DNA of 34,051 nucleotides from Alphaproteobacteria bacterium (GTDB lineage Bacteria; Pseudomonadota; Alphaproteobacteria; 43-37): NCBI GenBank assembly GCA_947488045.1, contig CANLAL010000002.1, positions 1 to 34,051 of the forward strand, read 5' to 3'. Shown piece by piece: positions 33,300 to 34,051 of this stretch (position 1 is its first letter; each line of letters starts with the position of its first letter). The notes under the pieces were generated by a model. It saw only the letters and a program-made list of their open reading frames with translations, ran no database searches and was not told where the DNA came from. The position numbers and the translations under genes were made by a program.

Positions 33300-34051
33300 A
33301 TGCCAAGTTTGAAGGATCTTAGGGATCGAAAAAAGAGCGTTGAGTCAACGCGCAAGATTACCTCAGCCATGAAAATGGTTTCGGCGGCAAAGTTGCGCCG
33401 GGCTCAGGATCAGGCAGTGGCGGCCCGTCCTTATGCCGCATCCATGGCCAGCCTTTTAAGCCGTTTGACTGCTGAGGCTTCTGGCCTTGATGTCATTCCG
33501 CCTTTGATGGCAGGAACAGGCAAGGATGACCTGATCTTGCTGGTGCTTATGACCTCAGACCGTGGTTTGTGTGGAGGTTTTAACGGATCTTTAATTCGGG
33601 AAGCACGGATGCGGATTCAGGCCCTTCAAGCCCAAGGTAAACAGGTGAAAATCCTGTGTGTTGGGCGCCGGGGTCGCGATGGCATGCGTCGGGAGTTTGG
33701 CCCGCTGCTCATCGATAGCGTAACAGATTTAGGCAAGCCGCGCTTGACCTTTGCAGACGCACAAATGATTGGCGGTAAAATCTTAGACTTATTTGAAGCC
33801 GGTGCTTTTGATCGATGTATTTTGGTTTACTCCCAATTTAAGTCAGCTATGACTCAGATTTCCACAACGGATCAGTTGATACCCTTTCAAGCTTCTGTGG
33901 GTACTTCTGAGGGAATTGGGGCGTCTGCTTTATTCCTTTATGAGCCTGATGAGGCCAGCTTACTCGAGGATCTGTTGCCTAAAAATTTACAGGTCCAGCT
34001 TTACAAGGCTCTCCTTGAAACCTATGCCAGTGAACAAGGTGCCCGTATGAC
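33300..34051 (+). CDS. atpG: F1Fo ATP synthase subunit gamma (partial, runs off the right edge)
   Basis: Hand translation from the ATG at 33300 gives MPSLKDLRDRKKSVESTRKITSAMKMVSAAKLRRAQ..., the canonical gamma N-terminus. It is absent from the ORF track because there is no stop in the window. Confidence 0.93.
   Translation, partial: MPSLKDLRDRKKSVESTRKITSAMKMVSAAKLRRAQDQAVAARPYAASMASLLSRLTAEASGLDVIPPLMAGTGKDDLILLVLMTSDRGLCGGFNGSLIREARMRIQALQAQGKQVKILCVGRRGRDGMRREFGPLLIDSVTDLGKPRLTFADAQMIGGKILDLFEAGAFDRCILVYSQFKSAMTQISTTDQLIPFQASVGTSEGIGASALFLYEPDEASLLEDLLPKNLQVQLYKALLETYASEQGARM

Overview
This 34-kb window is mostly conserved housekeeping genes from an alphaproteobacterial chromosome, mainly on the minus strand. 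The taxon call is inference: the NDUFA12-like/MlaD/DUF2155 cluster, a 17-kDa-antigen-type lipoprotein, priA, atpH-atpA-atpG, a signal-peptide ankyrin protein and dense MITE-like palindromes suggest an intracellular or amoeba-associated Rickettsiales/Holosporales-like lineage. Left to right: a partial ankyrin-repeat gene; the yejABEF-type peptide ABC importer operon; enoyl-CoA hydratase; a 17-kDa-antigen-type lipoprotein; two paralogous exported proteins built from three copies of a glycosyltransferase-toxin-like module; DUF2155-mlaD-NDUFA12-like; a 1-kb gene-free region with a candidate sRNA, a small ORF and a perfect palindrome; a Thr-rich tandem-repeat secreted protein; rpmE; a GC-rich Pro/Gly-rich secreted ORF; parC; a frameshifted ABC exporter; a truncated dcw block murG-murC-murB-ftsQ-ftsA fused to priA; a secreted hypothetical; and atpH-atpA-atpG (partial). 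The two things most worth follow-up are these. (1) The tandem exported GT-A-like paralogues at 8186-11108 have the canonical DXD metal site replaced by a conserved D-I-G in all three modules. (2) Imperfect inverted repeats of about 0.75-0.8 kb (20864-21663 and 29443-30182) bracket the whole 7.8-kb priA-to-murG block; they are built from MITE-like hairpin units plus an inner block carrying arrays of the palindrome GGATATCC. No tRNA, rRNA, CRISPR array, transposase or integrase gene was found. CDS coordinates come from the supplied ORF track, with starts trimmed where the sequence supports it. Coordinates of non-ORF features were counted by hand and may be off by 1-3 nt. No database or HMM search could be run, so all family assignments rest on motifs I recognise in the translations.
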